Virus record (IMG/VR): IMGVR_UViG_3300030397_000188
Location: 1-39,247 of that record
DNA length: 39,247 bases
Strand: one strand, 5' to 3'
Source of the DNA: a virus
Lineage: Duplodnaviria > Caudoviricetes
Below are positions 8,237 to 17,926 of the stretch, one piece after another (the stretch's first letter is position 1; each line of letters opens with the position of its first letter). The notes under the pieces were generated by a model. It was given only the letters and a program-made list of their open reading frames with translations, made no database searches and was not told the origin of the DNA. Position numbers and translations under genes: made by a program.

Positions 8237-8431
8237 GTGATTGTACCAAACACACATTGGGCGATTGAAGATTGCGACATGGAAGAAGTCCACCCACCAC
8301 AGGTAACGCTGTTTCAGCCCGCACACAATCGGGTGAGCGAGTTGCTCGGGCCAGATGGTGAACCGCTGATTGTGCCGTATGAGCGCCCAGCTATGGGGTT
8401 CGACTTGAGGCCAAGGAGCCAGAGGAAATGA
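8237..8431 (+). CDS. Hypothetical protein
   Basis: GTG start, coupled to next gene; SELLGPDGEPL motif. Confidence 0.6.
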   Translation: MIVPNTHWAIEDCDMEEVHPPQVTLFQPAHNRVSELLGPDGEPLIVPYERPAMGFDLRPRSQRK

Positions 8432-9048
8432 GTAAAGCGCAAAAAAGACGCAACCGGAAAAAGGCGCGCATGGCCCTGCCGGAATTGGCCGGGGTGCCAA
8501 AGCGGCAGCAGAAAAAGCGAGGACGGCAGCGCATGGCGCAAATCCAGCACGAGAGCGAACGAGACGCGCAGAAAACAGCCCTTGAGGCGCGGGCACGCAT
8601 GGTTGGGGCTAAGGACTTGGACGCAATGCGCTCACAGGCGCTAGGAGAGGCCGCTGGGCGGGCCATTTACCTTTTTGCGGACAAGGACGCCGCACAAAGA
8701 CTTTGGACCGTCTACGCTGGCCTTACAGCGGCAGAGGAAAGGTATGCCAGAACCATTCTAGGTAAAAGCCTGCACGCCAAGTGTGCCAAGATTGAGATTG
8801 CCCCCGAACGCTTCGAGGCAAGGCCCGACGATCAGCCGGATCTGCGCAGCGAGGACGAGCGCAACAGGGACACAATCAACGCATGGGCAAGGTGGCGCGG
8901 CTATCTCGGGTGCCTGCCGTCCGTCATGCAGAGTGATTTCTGGGCCGTTGCAAGGGGTCGGGTTGAGCCAATCCAGGACGGCGCAATCACTAGTTCAGGG
9001 CACAGGTTCTTGGGTGCGCTCACCAAGTTGACGGAATATGTTGACTAA
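8428..9048 (+). CDS. Hypothetical protein in the late-regulator (Q-like) position
   Basis: 206 aa, very basic N-terminus; directly followed by promoter and terminators. Confidence 0.6.
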   Translation: MSKAQKRRNRKKARMALPELAGVPKRQQKKRGRQRMAQIQHESERDAQKTALEARARMVGAKDLDAMRSQALGEAAGRAIYLFADKDAAQRLWTVYAGLTAAEERYARTILGKSLHAKCAKIEIAPERFEARPDDQPDLRSEDERNRDTINAWARWRGYLGCLPSVMQSDFWAVARGRVEPIQDGAITSSGHRFLGALTKLTEYVD

Positions 9049-9068
9049 CCGGCGGAACATTGTAGTAT
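9041..9068 (+). promoter_or_regulatory. Putative late promoter
   Basis: TTGACT-16bp-TAGTAT overlapping the stop of the upstream gene. Confidence 0.6.
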
Positions 9069-9081
9069 TCTCGCAAGGCGA

Positions 9082-9114
9082 GCGTCCGTTTAGATCAACT
9101 AAGCGGGCGTTTTT
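9082..9114 (+). terminator. Intrinsic terminator-like hairpin 1 in the late leader
   Basis: CGTCCGTTTAG-ATCAA-CTAAGCGGGCG followed by T run. Confidence 0.65.
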
Positions 9115-9147
9115 GCATTTCCACCTTGCCCCACACGGCGCAAGACA

Positions 9148-9171
9148 GCGCGGGTTCCGGCCCGCGTTTTT
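9148..9171 (+). terminator. Intrinsic terminator-like hairpin 2 in the late leader
   Basis: GCGCGGGT-TCCG-GCCCGCGT followed by T run. Confidence 0.65.
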
Positions 9172-9196
9172 CACATTCCAAGCACAGGAGGCCGCA

Positions 9197-9490
9197 ATGG
9201 CTACTGCACATATCGCATTCGGCGGGGCAATGTCAGCAGGCGCGCCTGTCTACCCTAAAATGCCCCGCGTTGCTGAAACCATCACAACCAGCGCATCCAG
9301 CCAGGAAACCACAATCTCGGCCAACCAGGGCGAGTATGCGCACGTTACCGCATCAGGCGGGTCTATCTTCATTGCCATTGGCAGTTCCCCGACCGCAGCA
9401 AGCGGTTCCGGGTGGCTCATTTCAGACGGTGAGACAAGAAACTGCGGCGTGCTAAAGGCTGGCGATACCGTGGCTGTCATCGACGCATAA
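9197..9490 (+). CDS. Small beta-rich protein, probable capsid decoration or spike base
   Basis: 97 aa, AGGAGG RBS, A/S/T/G-rich; first late gene. Confidence 0.65.
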   Translation: MATAHIAFGGAMSAGAPVYPKMPRVAETITTSASSQETTISANQGEYAHVTASGGSIFIAIGSSPTAASGSGWLISDGETRNCGVLKAGDTVAVIDA

Positions 9491-9514
9491 CCACACAAGC
9501 AGGGAGGTTGCCCC

Positions 9515-9994
9515 ATGAGCGGCGAACCCACGCGATTCAGTCAGAAGCTATTTGACACAATATGCGAGAGAATTGCAGACGGCGAAAGCCTGCGTTCCAT
9601 CTGCTCCGACGACGATATGCCCAGCAAGGCGGCGGTGTTCAAATGGCTAGCAAAAGACAGCAGTCTTGTTGACCAATACGCGCACGCGAGAGACACACAA
9701 GCGGACACTCTTTTTGACGATTGTCTAAGCATTGCCGACCAGTACGACAGCATGACAGAAAAACTTGAAGGCGGCACCGATCACATTCAGCGCGCCAAGC
9801 TGCGGATTGATACGCGCAAATGGATGGCCGGGAAACTCCGCCCCAAGAAATACGGGGACAAGATTGCTGTAGGTGGCGATAAGGACATGGACCCGATTCA
9901 AACAGAAGAAACAGGAGCGGGCGCGGCCAAAATCCTAGCGGCCCTGGATACGATTGCAGAGCGTAGCGGAACGTCTGGCGACACTGACGCCTGA
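9515..9994 (+). CDS. terS: Terminase small subunit
   Basis: ICERIADGESLRSIC...MPS...KWL, RAKLRIDTRKW motifs (Sf6 gp1-like). Confidence 0.92.
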   Translation: MSGEPTRFSQKLFDTICERIADGESLRSICSDDDMPSKAAVFKWLAKDSSLVDQYAHARDTQADTLFDDCLSIADQYDSMTEKLEGGTDHIQRAKLRIDTRKWMAGKLRPKKYGDKIAVGGDKDMDPIQTEETGAGAAKILAALDTIAERSGTSGDTDA

Positions 9995-11294
9995 TGAGAG
10001 GGCGAAAATCGTCGCGCAGCTTACCGATGCGGAGGCCGAGGTCCTTCTTTGCGATTGGCGCGGTTTCAATGCGCGACCTGCACAAATCGCGCCTGATGGC
10101 GATTGGGATATTTGGCTTTTGCTTGCGGGGCGTGGCTTTGGCAAGACAAGAACCGGCGCGGAATGGGTCCGGGAGCAGGTTGAAGCAAACGCGGCGGGGC
10201 GGATAGCACTCATTGCGGAAACAGCGGCAGACGCGCGGGATGTTATGGTTGCTGAGTTGCTGCGGATATTCCCGCCCGGTGAAATGCCGCTTTATACCAA
10301 GTCAAACCGTTGCGTTGAGTTCAACAACGGGGCAAAGGCTTTCACATATAACGCGGTTGAGCCTGACCAGCTACGCGGCCCGCAACATGACGCGGGATGG
10401 CTGGACGAGATCGCCAAGTGGAAATACGCACGGGAAACGTTTGACCAGTTCCAGTTTGGTTTGCGTCTGGGCAAACACCCCCGGCAGGTTATCACAACCA
10501 CGCCGCGCCCTATCGAGTTGGTGAAGGCCATTGTTGCTGGGCAAGAGGGTAAGGTGCATGTCACGCGTGGATCAACCATGGACAACCGGGCCAACCTTTC
10601 TTCGCGGTTTATGGAGCGTATCCAGCAGCGCTACTCAGGAACAAGACTAGGGCGACAGGAACTAAACGCAGAGATACTATCGGATCTTCCCGGCGCTATC
10701 TGGGCACAAAGCACAATCGACGCTTACCGGGTGGACAGCGCGCCGGAAATAGGGCGCACGGTAGTTTCCCTGGACCCTGCCGTAACGAACACAGAGGACA
10801 GCGACGAACACGGGTTGATTGTTGCGGGCATCGGGCCGGATCAAACGGGTTACGTTCTTGAGGACGCCTCTCTAAGCGGTTCCCCGGCTGAATGGGCAAG
10901 GGCGGCGGTCACGAAATACCACGAGTACAACGCGGATGGAATTGTGGTCGAGGTAAACCAAGGCGGCGATATGGTGGCACATACCATCAAGGCAATCGCC
11001 CCGAACGCAAATGTAATCGAGGTTCGGGCGTCCAAGGGCAAGCATGTCAGGGCAGAGCCGGTTGCGGCGCTATACGAACAAGGCCGGGTTCGCCATGTCG
11101 GGCAATTCCCGGAACTTGAGAACCAAATGACGCAATTCACCAATGAGGGATACCAGGGCGAGGATAGTCCAGACAGGGCCGATGCGCTGGTCTGGGCTTG
11201 CTCCGAGTTGTTCCCCGATATGGTTGACACGGTTCCAGATGTTTCCCGGTTCTATGCAACTGGCGGGCGCGGGCGAGGATATTTAGCGACATGA
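9954..11294 (+). CDS. terL: Terminase large subunit
   Basis: GRGFGKT, LRGPQ...WLDE, TTTPR, DPA, SPDRADA motifs. Confidence 0.96.
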   Translation: MQSVAERLATLTPDERAKIVAQLTDAEAEVLLCDWRGFNARPAQIAPDGDWDIWLLLAGRGFGKTRTGAEWVREQVEANAAGRIALIAETAADARDVMVAELLRIFPPGEMPLYTKSNRCVEFNNGAKAFTYNAVEPDQLRGPQHDAGWLDEIAKWKYARETFDQFQFGLRLGKHPRQVITTTPRPIELVKAIVAGQEGKVHVTRGSTMDNRANLSSRFMERIQQRYSGTRLGRQELNAEILSDLPGAIWAQSTIDAYRVDSAPEIGRTVVSLDPAVTNTEDSDEHGLIVAGIGPDQTGYVLEDASLSGSPAEWARAAVTKYHEYNADGIVVEVNQGGDMVAHTIKAIAPNANVIEVRASKGKHVRAEPVAALYEQGRVRHVGQFPELENQMTQFTNEGYQGEDSPDRADALVWACSELFPDMVDTVPDVSRFYATGGRGRGYLAT

Positions 11295-13270
11295 AAAATG
11301 ACGACCTGCTAAAGCAAGCCAGAACCCGCATGGACGAATGCGTAGAGGCGGAAAAAGATAACCGCCTTGAGGAAATCGACGACCTTGAAAAACTTGTCGG
11401 CAAGCAATGGCCGGAGGATATTCGCAGCGAACGTGAGGCGGAAAGCAAGCCATGCCTGACAATCAACCGTTTGCCGCAGTTTGTGCGTCAGGTGACAGGC
11501 GACATTCGGAGGCTAAACCCGGCTATCAATGTCCTGCCCGCTGATGGGGAAGCGGCCTCGGACGTGGCGGATATTTACGAGGGGCTTATTCGTCAGATTG
11601 AATACAAGAGCGATGCAAGCAGCATCTACGAGCGCGCGGCAGAACAGGCTGCGGCGTCAAGCGCTGGCTATTTCCGGGTTCTAACGGAATATGAGGGCGA
11701 TGATAGCTTTCTGCAGGAAATCTGCATCAAGGGCATTCGCAACCCGCTGTCCGTTTACTTCGATCCAGAGGCGGAACTTCCCACCCGAGAGGATGCGAAC
11801 TACGTTTTTCTGACGCAGCAAATGAAGCGGGATGATTTCGAGGCTGCCTATCCCAAGGCCAAGCCGGTTGACGTGGAACACGACGCGGCAACGGACGGGC
11901 TTGAGCATTGGCAAGAAAACGACAAGGTTGTTATTGCCGAATACTATTGGAAAGAGCCGGTTAAAAAGGAAATTGTCCAACTTATTGATGGCACGGTAAA
12001 GGACGCTGACCAATCTGTTGCCCCCGAGTTCATTGTTGCGCGCCGCGCGGTTGAAACGCACAAGGTCATGTGGGCCAAGATCAGCGGGCATGATGTGCTG
12101 GAAGGCCCAACGGAACAGCCTTGCATGTATATCCCCGTTATCGCGGTGATTGGCGAAGAATGGCACGTTGACGACAGGGTGCATCGTTCCAGCGTGATAC
12201 GCTACGCCAAAGACGCGCAGCAGATGTATAACTATTGGCGTTCGGCGCAGACTGAGTTTGCCGCATTGCAGCCAAAGGCCCCGTATCTGGTGACGGCCAA
12301 GCAAATCGCGGGGCTTGAGACATTTTGGAATGAGGCCAACGCCAAGAACCGTCCATACCTGCCATATAACCCAGATGAAAAGGCACCGGGCACACCGCAG
12401 CGGGCAACACCGCCCATTTCCTCGCAAGCCATGCTTGAACAAACGATGACGGCAGCGGAGGACATGAAGGCCACGACAGGCATTTATGACAGCGCCTTGG
12501 GTTCTGCGTCCAATGAGAAGTCCGGGGTTGCCATTCGTCAGCGGCAGATGGAGAGTGACACCAGTACATCAATCTATTCCGACAACATGGCAAAGGCGAT
12601 TGCGACTTGCGGGCGCATCCTGGTGGATATGATCCCTAAGATTTACGACACGCAGCGCACCATTCGCACCCTGAGCCGTGATGATGCGGAAAAGATGGTT
12701 GATATTAACGGACAGGTTTTGGCGCAGGGCGATGGTGGGCTTGTTCCGGTGCCGGTGAATGACCTGACTGTCGGGAAGTACGATATTCGCGTTTCTGTTG
12801 GCCCGAACTACGCAACCAAGCGGCAGGAAACGGCGGAGGGAATGCTTGAATTTATCCGTTCTGTGCCGGGTGCGGCGCAGGTGACGGGTGATTTGATCGC
12901 GGATGCGATGGACTGGCCCAACGCGGATAAGTTTGCGGATCGCCTTAAGAAAGCCTTACCGCCCAATATGCGCGATATGGAGGATTTGGAGCCGCAGGAG
13001 CAGCAGCAGATGCAAGCGGCCATGGCGCAGCAGCAGCAACAGGAACAGTTGCAGGCACAGGCGCAACAAATCGAGTTCCGCAAGGCAAACGCGGAGGCGA
13101 CAGAGGCCGAGGCTGACGCTGAAAAGGCGCAGTTTGAGGTCATGAATGAACAGTTGGAATTGGCGGCAAAGAGCGGCCAGCTAAACGCGGCAATCGGACA
13201 AATCGTCCAGACCGAGGTTGCCCGTGCCCTTCAAGGGTTAATGCAGCAGGGCAGACCGCCCATTATCTAA
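11291..13270 (+). CDS. P22-like portal protein
   Basis: 659 aa; QW, PCLTINRL, SGVAIRQRQ, GKYDI.VSVGP..ATKRQE; Q-rich barrel C-terminus. Confidence 0.93.
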   Translation: MKNDDLLKQARTRMDECVEAEKDNRLEEIDDLEKLVGKQWPEDIRSEREAESKPCLTINRLPQFVRQVTGDIRRLNPAINVLPADGEAASDVADIYEGLIRQIEYKSDASSIYERAAEQAAASSAGYFRVLTEYEGDDSFLQEICIKGIRNPLSVYFDPEAELPTREDANYVFLTQQMKRDDFEAAYPKAKPVDVEHDAATDGLEHWQENDKVVIAEYYWKEPVKKEIVQLIDGTVKDADQSVAPEFIVARRAVETHKVMWAKISGHDVLEGPTEQPCMYIPVIAVIGEEWHVDDRVHRSSVIRYAKDAQQMYNYWRSAQTEFAALQPKAPYLVTAKQIAGLETFWNEANAKNRPYLPYNPDEKAPGTPQRATPPISSQAMLEQTMTAAEDMKATTGIYDSALGSASNEKSGVAIRQRQMESDTSTSIYSDNMAKAIATCGRILVDMIPKIYDTQRTIRTLSRDDAEKMVDINGQVLAQGDGGLVPVPVNDLTVGKYDIRVSVGPNYATKRQETAEGMLEFIRSVPGAAQVTGDLIADAMDWPNADKFADRLKKALPPNMRDMEDLEPQEQQQMQAAMAQQQQQEQLQAQAQQIEFRKANAEATEAEADAEKAQFEVMNEQLELAAKSGQLNAAIGQIVQTEVARALQGLMQQGRPPII

Positions 13271-13282
13271 GGAAAAACAGAA

Positions 13283-14116
13283 ATGACCGACGAGGTGCAG
13301 GCTGTCGAAGAGACGGCCCCGAAAGTCGTGCAAACTGAGGCCGAGCAGGCACCAGCGCCGGAAGCGGCGGAAAGCACAGAAGGGCAGGTAGAAACCCAGC
13401 CCGCCGAGGAAGAAAGTTCCGAGGAAAAAAAGAGCGCATCAGCAGCCCGCCGTGAGCGTCGAAAGGCGCAAATGGACAGGCTTAAGGATGAAAAGCACCA
13501 AGCCGAGGCCAAGGCCGGGCGCTTGGAGGCTGAACTTCAAAGGCTGAACAGCGTTGATCGACCACAACCCCCGAGGTTGGAGGATTTCGCAGACCATGAC
13601 GAGTATGTCGCAGCATTGTCAGCCCACAAGGCGACGGAAATGCTGGATCAGCGTCGGGTTTCGGAGTTAGAGCAGGAAGCAGAGCGGCAGCAACGGCACC
13701 AGGAGACGATAGCCCAGCGGCAAATTGAGGAAGCCCACAAGAATTGGGTAGCCCAGGCCGAGGAGGCGCGTCACAGGTATGCTGATTTTGATGCTGTAAC
13801 CGGGGCACCGGATGTCCCGATCACGCAGAACATGGCAACGCTGATTGGTATGTCTGACGTGGGTGCTGACATTGCTTACCACTTGGGGATGAACCCGGAT
13901 GAGGCGCGCACTTTGGCGCAAATGCCCGTGCCGGAATTAGTTGGGGCCATGAAGGTTATGGAAAGGCTTGTTGCCGTCCAGACGCCGCGCCCCAGAACCC
14001 AAACGCAAGCCCCTGAGCCGGTAAAGCCTGTGAAGCCAAAGGCAACCGCGACCAAGAAGGTCGAGGATATGTCGATGGCCGAATACATGGCGGCGCGGAA
14101 GGCTGGCAAAATCTAG
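13283..14116 (+). CDS. Scaffolding protein
   Basis: Acidic coiled-coil between portal and coat; C-terminal DMSMAEYMAARK. Confidence 0.85.
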   Translation: MTDEVQAVEETAPKVVQTEAEQAPAPEAAESTEGQVETQPAEEESSEEKKSASAARRERRKAQMDRLKDEKHQAEAKAGRLEAELQRLNSVDRPQPPRLEDFADHDEYVAALSAHKATEMLDQRRVSELEQEAERQQRHQETIAQRQIEEAHKNWVAQAEEARHRYADFDAVTGAPDVPITQNMATLIGMSDVGADIAYHLGMNPDEARTLAQMPVPELVGAMKVMERLVAVQTPRPRTQTQAPEPVKPVKPKATATKKVEDMSMAEYMAARKAGKI

Positions 14117-14128
14117 GAGAGTTGAGCA

Positions 14129-15370
14129 ATGGCTAACACGCTCATCACACCGAGCCTCATCGCAAAGGAAGCGTTGATGCAGCTCGAAAACAACCTGGTT
14201 ATGGCGAACAACGTCCACCGTGAATACAAGAAGGAGTTCACGGGCGGTCAGGGTTCGACTGTTTCCATTCGTAAGCCGGTGAAATTCGTAACGACTGATG
14301 GCGCGACCCGCTCTAATCAGGACGTTGAGGAAAAGACCACCAGCATCACCATCGACCAGCGCAAGCATGTGTCCTGGAAGTTCTCGACGCAGGATCTTAC
14401 CCTGTCCGTTGAGGAATATTCCGAACGGTACATCAAGCCTGCGGCTATCACGCTGGCGAACACCGTCGATAAGGATCTGGCCGGGCTTTACAAGTATGCC
14501 TGGAACAGCCTTGGCACGCCGGGCACCACACCGGATTCGTTTGGCGATATTGCGCTTTCGGCGCAGCGTCTCGACGAGATGGCGGTGCCGAATGACAAGC
14601 GTTGCATGATGCTGAATCCGGCGGCGCACTATGCCGTTGCTGGCAATCAGTTGACACTGGATTCGGTTGGCGCAATGGGCAAGTCTGCCTATGAGCGCGC
14701 GGCTGTCGGCTATGTTGCGGGCTTTGACACATTCTCGACGCAGAACGTTGTCAACCACACCTGCGGCGTTCATACCACGGGTTCGACCCCGCTGGTTAAT
14801 GGCGCATCGCAGAACGTGACCTATGCCAACGCGGGCAACGACAATACGCAGTCGCTTGTGACCGATGGTTGGGCCAACTCGACCGCCGTGCTGAAAGCGG
14901 GTGACGTGTTTACCATTGCTGGCGTTTATGCCGTTAACCCGGTTCCGGGTGAAGGTTCGACCGGCAAGACCAATATGCCGTATCTGCAGCAGTTCACTGT
15001 TACAGCGGACGCCTCGTCGGACGGTTCGGGCAATGCAACCCTGACCATTTCCCCGGCGATCATCACCAGCGGCCCGCAGCAGACCGTTGACGCGGCCCCG
15101 GCTGACAATGCGGCGATTACCCTTCTGGGCACCGAAAGCACTGCTTACCCGCAGAATCTCGGCTACCACAAGAACGCATTCGCCCTTGTGACCGTGCCGC
15201 TGGAAATGCCCGATGGTGCGGCGTTCAAAGCGCGGGAGAGCCACAACGGCCTGTCGATCCGTGTCGTGAAAGACTACGACATCGACAACGATGAGGACAT
15301 TATCCGCATGGATATCCTCTACGGCAAGAAGGCCATTTACCCGGATCTCGCTTCGCGCCTCTGGGGTTAA
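14129..15370 (+). CDS. Major capsid protein (P22 coat family)
   Basis: MANTLITP, YIKPA...LAN.VD, LKAGDVFTIAGV, HKNAF, RMDILYG motifs. Confidence 0.95.
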   Translation: MANTLITPSLIAKEALMQLENNLVMANNVHREYKKEFTGGQGSTVSIRKPVKFVTTDGATRSNQDVEEKTTSITIDQRKHVSWKFSTQDLTLSVEEYSERYIKPAAITLANTVDKDLAGLYKYAWNSLGTPGTTPDSFGDIALSAQRLDEMAVPNDKRCMMLNPAAHYAVAGNQLTLDSVGAMGKSAYERAAVGYVAGFDTFSTQNVVNHTCGVHTTGSTPLVNGASQNVTYANAGNDNTQSLVTDGWANSTAVLKAGDVFTIAGVYAVNPVPGEGSTGKTNMPYLQQFTVTADASSDGSGNATLTISPAIITSGPQQTVDAAPADNAAITLLGTESTAYPQNLGYHKNAFALVTVPLEMPDGAAFKARESHNGLSIRVVKDYDIDNDEDIIRMDILYGKKAIYPDLASRLWG

Positions 15371-15376
15371 TGCAAT

Positions 15377-15400
15377 AAGGGGGCTGTAGCGGCCCCCTTT
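15377..15400 (+). terminator. Hairpin terminator after the coat gene
   Basis: AAGGGGGCTG-TAG-CGGCCCCCTTT. Confidence 0.7.
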
Positions 15401-15422
15401 CCGCATTTGTGGAGAAAACATC

Positions 15423-15551
15423 ATGACTGACGATAAAAAAGGCCCTTGCTGGGGCTATAAGAAAACAAAAGACGGCATTGAGTCGAAGCTGTTCCCAGAC
15501 GGAAAGCGTCCGAAGGGCTGGGTTGATACCCCGGCGAAACTCAAGGACTGA
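15423..15551 (+). CDS. Small hypothetical protein (42 aa)
   Basis: GGAG RBS; MTDDKKGPCWGY...PKGWVDTPAKLKD. Confidence 0.7.
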   Translation: MTDDKKGPCWGYKKTKDGIESKLFPDGKRPKGWVDTPAKLKD

Positions 15552-15556
15552 TTACC

Positions 15557-15955
15557 ATGGCTTCGATGCGCGATATTATCATCAGGGCACATATCAAGGT
15601 CGGCATTGTCGCGCATGATACCGACTTGACTGCTGATGAAGGGAATGGGGGCCTTGAGGCTCTTAACTCCATGCTTCACGAGTGGTCACTTCGGGGCGTC
15701 AATATCAGCCATTCGGACCTTGAGTTGTCCGATACATTCCCCATGGCTGCGGCTTATGAGGATGGCGCGGTTTACATGCTAGCCACGCGCATTGCGCCTG
15801 ATTACGAGGTTCCTGTGTCGTTTGACGCTGACGATTTCTTTCGGGCGATCCAGGCGGCGTACATGACGATTGACACGGTATCCATGCCGCGCGCCGTAAC
15901 GGAGGTTCCATCCAAGAAAGAGCGTGACGGGACGCTTGGTTATCAATGGCGGTAG
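15557..15955 (+). CDS. P22 gp4-like head-tail adaptor
   Basis: GLEALNSMLHEW; LATRIAPDY; position after coat. Confidence 0.8.
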   Translation: MASMRDIIIRAHIKVGIVAHDTDLTADEGNGGLEALNSMLHEWSLRGVNISHSDLELSDTFPMAAAYEDGAVYMLATRIAPDYEVPVSFDADDFFRAIQAAYMTIDTVSMPRAVTEVPSKKERDGTLGYQWR

Positions 15956-17391
15956 TCGAGTTCCTGGCCCAAAGCAAAGCGACGGAAACGGCAAGGCCGG
16001 TGAACACCGCGCGCTTGCTGAACCTGTATCGTGAACCTGTCTCAGAGGGCGGGCTGTCCAGACATATCCTGCGGGCGGTTCCGGGGCAGGTGTTGTTTGT
16101 CGATATTGGTGACGTGTTTCTGCGCCAAATGGCTTGGGTTGATAACGTTGTTTACGCGGCAGCGTCCGGTGTTCTCTATGCGATTGCCGATGATGGCACG
16201 GCAACCGACATGGGGACAATCAAGGACAGCGCTGAAACCACCATTTCGGGCAATGACGGCTATGTCACGATTTGCGCGGGCGGCAAGTACTATGTTTTGG
16301 ACGGTGGGACGCTCACAGAGCCGACAGCAGGGGCGTTTAGCGATTTTGGGTCAGTTGATACCCTTGAGAACTTTACCCTGCTGACGGAGCGCAATGGGCG
16401 GCGCATTCAGTGGTCTAATGCGGCTGATCCGACAACACTTGACGGGCTATCGTTCGCCACGACGGAAAGCGGGCCAGATAAGAATATTCGCGGGATTTCC
16501 CTGAACGGGAATTATTGGGTGTTCAAGGAGCGCTCAACGGAAATCTGGTATGCAACCGGGCTGTCCGATCAGGCGTTCAAGCGGGTTGGCGGCGGTGTTT
16601 TGGAGGTCGGACTTAAGGCGTTCAATCTCGTAGCCAAGGGCCGGGATATGATTTTCTTTGTCGGCTCTGACGGCATTGCCTACATGACGACAGGCGCGGG
16701 AATGCAGCCGGTTTCGACGCGCGGCGTTGAGGCGGATCTGGCAAGTAAGGACGCCACGCATTGCGGGTATTATGAGACGGAGGGACACAAGTTCTGTGTT
16801 ATCCGGTTCAGTGATCGACCGGCTTGGGTTTATGACCTTGCCACGGGCGAATGGCACGAGCGGTCAGAGGGCGTCAATCATGGCCCATGGGATGCGGTTG
16901 CGGCGGTAAAGAACAACGCGGGCAAATGGCTTGCGGGGGGGTCGTTTGGCAAGGTTTACAGCCTGGACGATGTGCAGACGGACAAGGGCGGCATTCTGTA
17001 TCGGCGGGCGATCAGCAGCACGCTTCGCATGGAGAGCAAGCGGTTTAACATCCCGGAAATGGAGTTGTTCGGGGCGTTTGGGTACGCGAATGTCACACCG
17101 GAAGTTGGGCACTATCTGGGCCTGAGCGGTGGCTATATGGCTTTGGGCGGCGGCTTTGTTGGCTGGGGCACGTCCGGGGATAAAGAGCCGACTGTCATGA
17201 TTTCTCTATCTGGGGATCAAGGCGCAACTTGGGGTGTGATAAAGGCGAAACCTTTAGGTGCCTTGGGTGATTATGAGCAGCGGGTATTGCTGCGCCGATT
17301 GGGCCGGTTTCGGACGGCCACGGTGCGCATGGATATTTCGCACGGCTACGATATTCCGATGTATTCGGACGGATTGTTGAGGGTGTCATGA
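15946..17391 (+). CDS. P22 gp10-like tail hub / DNA stabilisation protein
   Basis: FATTESGPD, STEIW, WVYDLATGEWHER, SGDQGATW motifs. Confidence 0.88.
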   Translation: MAVVEFLAQSKATETARPVNTARLLNLYREPVSEGGLSRHILRAVPGQVLFVDIGDVFLRQMAWVDNVVYAAASGVLYAIADDGTATDMGTIKDSAETTISGNDGYVTICAGGKYYVLDGGTLTEPTAGAFSDFGSVDTLENFTLLTERNGRRIQWSNAADPTTLDGLSFATTESGPDKNIRGISLNGNYWVFKERSTEIWYATGLSDQAFKRVGGGVLEVGLKAFNLVAKGRDMIFFVGSDGIAYMTTGAGMQPVSTRGVEADLASKDATHCGYYETEGHKFCVIRFSDRPAWVYDLATGEWHERSEGVNHGPWDAVAAVKNNAGKWLAGGSFGKVYSLDDVQTDKGGILYRRAISSTLRMESKRFNIPEMELFGAFGYANVTPEVGHYLGLSGGYMALGGGFVGWGTSGDKEPTVMISLSGDQGATWGVIKAKPLGALGDYEQRVLLRRLGRFRTATVRMDISHGYDIPMYSDGLLRVS

Positions 17392-17525
17392 GCGCAGAAA
17401 ACCCGGAACCCCTTGTCAAGTACATGACACCTGATGGGCGATTGACGATTGAGGGCATGAAGTACTTTGAAAAGCTGGTTGCGGAGGTTCGGCGGCTGGC
17501 GGCAATTGTTGATGCGCTGCCATGA
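17388..17525 (+). CDS. Small hypothetical virion-module protein (45 aa)
   Basis: ATGA coupled at both ends; PDGRLTIEGMKYF. Confidence 0.7.
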   Translation: MSAENPEPLVKYMTPDGRLTIEGMKYFEKLVAEVRRLAAIVDALP

Positions 17526-17926
17526 GGGAGGCCACGCTTGACGACATGCCCGACCTGATGCGGTTCGGGCGGGCGTTTCACGAGGCTTCTGGGCAACCCT
17601 TTCCTTTTGAGGAAGAAACAACGCGGGCGTTCCTGGCGTCCATTATCGAAAACCCCGCCGGGGTTATCCTGGTAACGGACAGCGGCATGATTGGCGGCAT
17701 TATCGCCCCGGCATACTGCGCTTCAACGTGGAAAATGGCTGTTGAGTTGTTCTGGTGGGCCGAAAAGGGCGGGATGGTGCTGCTTAAGGCTTTTGAGCAA
17801 TGGGCTGCAGAGCAGGGCGCGAAAGAGGTGCGCATGACTTCGCTGGCCTCGCTTCCCCGCGCGGATGCAATCTTGAAACGTAAGGGCTTTGCCCCGGCTG
17901 AAATCAGCTATCGGAAGGTGATCTAA
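17522..17926 (+). CDS. GNAT-family acetyltransferase-like protein
   Basis: MREAT..D, ELFWW, LLKAFEQWA...GA, KRKGF pattern. Confidence 0.8.
   Translation: MREATLDDMPDLMRFGRAFHEASGQPFPFEEETTRAFLASIIENPAGVILVTDSGMIGGIIAPAYCASTWKMAVELFWWAEKGGMVLLKAFEQWAAEQGAKEVRMTSLASLPRADAILKRKGFAPAEISYRKVI

Noticed and set aside
11681-12442. 253-aa minus-strand ORF
   Set aside because: Antisense to the portal gene; no independent coding signal
12990-13080. CAG-rich microsatellite
   Set aside because: Encodes the Gln-rich helical barrel usual in P22-type portals
13937-15424. 495-aa minus-strand ORF
   Set aside because: Shadow of the codon-biased coat gene; no motifs
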